Position numbers and translations under genes: made by a program
Notes under the pieces: generated by a model
Told to the model about the DNA's origin: nothing
Databases searched by the model: none
Seen by the model: the letters and a program-made list of their open reading frames with translations, nothing else
Part shown: in pieces, positions 63,529-64,000 of the stretch
Position numbering within the stretch: position 1 is the stretch's first letter
Layout: every line of letters starts with the position of its first letter
Source of the DNA: an uncultured delta proteobacterium
GTDB lineage: Bacteria; Desulfobacterota; Binatia; UBA9968
Assembly: GCA_963745835.1 (NCBI GenBank)
Contig: CAVUZH010000019.1
Coordinates: forward strand, 352,001 to 416,000
Direction of reading: 5' to 3'
DNA length: 64,000 nucleotides

Positions 63529-64000
63529 GTGAAGCGAGATGCCGCTGTCGGGCTGTTCGCATTACTAATTCTTGCGGTTGCCGTCGCGCTGCTTGCTGTC
63601 GCTGTGGTCGTTGAGGCGCAACAGGAAAAAATTCCGAAAGTGGGGATACTCCGAGTACGGCTTGCCGCATCCGGTACGTTAGTGGATGGGCTACTGCACG
63701 AGCTTCGAGCGACCGGCTATACCGAGGGCAAAAACATTTTGTTCGAAACTCGCTTGGCGGAAAATAGGCCGGAACGCCTTGGAGCTTTGGTCGATGAACT
63801 CGTTCAGCTCAAAGTTGACGTGATCGTCACACTTGCGAGGGCTGAAACGTTAGTCGCTAAAAGCGCTACAAGGTCGATTCCTATTGTTGGTCTCAACCTG
63901 GGCAATGATCCGATCGAATCGGGTATCGTCGAGAGCCTTGCCCGGCCTGGCGGCAACGTCACGGGATTTAGCCCCCGCACAGCGGATTTAGTAGGCAAGC
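63529..64000 (+). CDS. SBP paralog 29 (cut by window edge)
   Basis: VEAQQEKIPKVGIL...GYTEGKN...SLARPGGNVTG. Confidence 0.9.
   Translation, partial: MKRDAAVGLFALLILAVAVALLAVAVVVEAQQEKIPKVGILRVRLAASGTLVDGLLHELRATGYTEGKNILFETRLAENRPERLGALVDELVQLKVDVIVTLARAETLVAKSATRSIPIVGLNLGNDPIESGIVESLARPGGNVTGFSPRTADLVGK

Larger units (their letters stand above)
28563..64000 (+). repeat. tandem array of about 29 paralogous ABC_sub_bind-type SBP genes with interspersed fragments; runs past the window end
   Basis: Every unit shares [79 protein letters not shown]. Confidence 0.97.

Noticed and set aside
29528-63998. Recurrent minus-strand ORFs ([12 protein letters not shown]..., PVMFPPGRARLAT...)
   Set aside because: Antisense shadows of the conserved SBP codons, with no independent RBS or domain.
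28563-64000. CRISPR array or classical integron
   Set aside because: The repeats are about 1-kb coding units with degenerate tails. I saw no cas genes, no intI and no convincing RYYYAAC...GTTRRRY attC sites.
28563-64000. Diversity-generating retroelement
   Set aside because: No reverse transcriptase and no TR/VR pair differing only at adenines; the C-terminus is the most conserved part.

Overview
The window has three zones, with gene content typical of a Deltaproteobacteria-like genome (possibly Binatota; this is inference only). (1) 1-11.8 kb is a conserved minus-strand housekeeping block: kdsB-pyrG-kdsA-kdsD-kdsC-lptCAB-rpoN-hpf-ptsN-rapZ-ptsH-metK-ahcY. (2) 12-28.3 kb holds mixed metabolic genes, including a frameshifted putA, two divergent di-iron-type proteins and an OsmC-family gene with an in-frame TGA at the catalytic Cys plus a SECIS-like hairpin (probable selenoprotein, split in the ORF track). 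(3) 28.6 kb to the window end is a >35 kb co-oriented array of about 29 near-full-length paralogous periplasmic substrate-binding protein (SBP) genes (ABC_sub_bind/PF04392-like): 22 open, 6 frameshifted and 1 cut by the edge, with no permease or ATPase. The array looks cassette-built. The conserved 3' tail ([15 protein letters not shown]) recurs about 10 times without a gene body. A 103-bp junction block (102/103 identical) sits on two diverged genes. The tail carries an SD-like GGTGATC and the start codon of the next unit. Short-period repeat/hairpin leaders follow the tails. Foreign cargo lies between units: a Phd-VapC toxin-antitoxin pair, metalloprotease and haloperoxidase fragments, and a secreted protein. 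No integrase is visible in the window.
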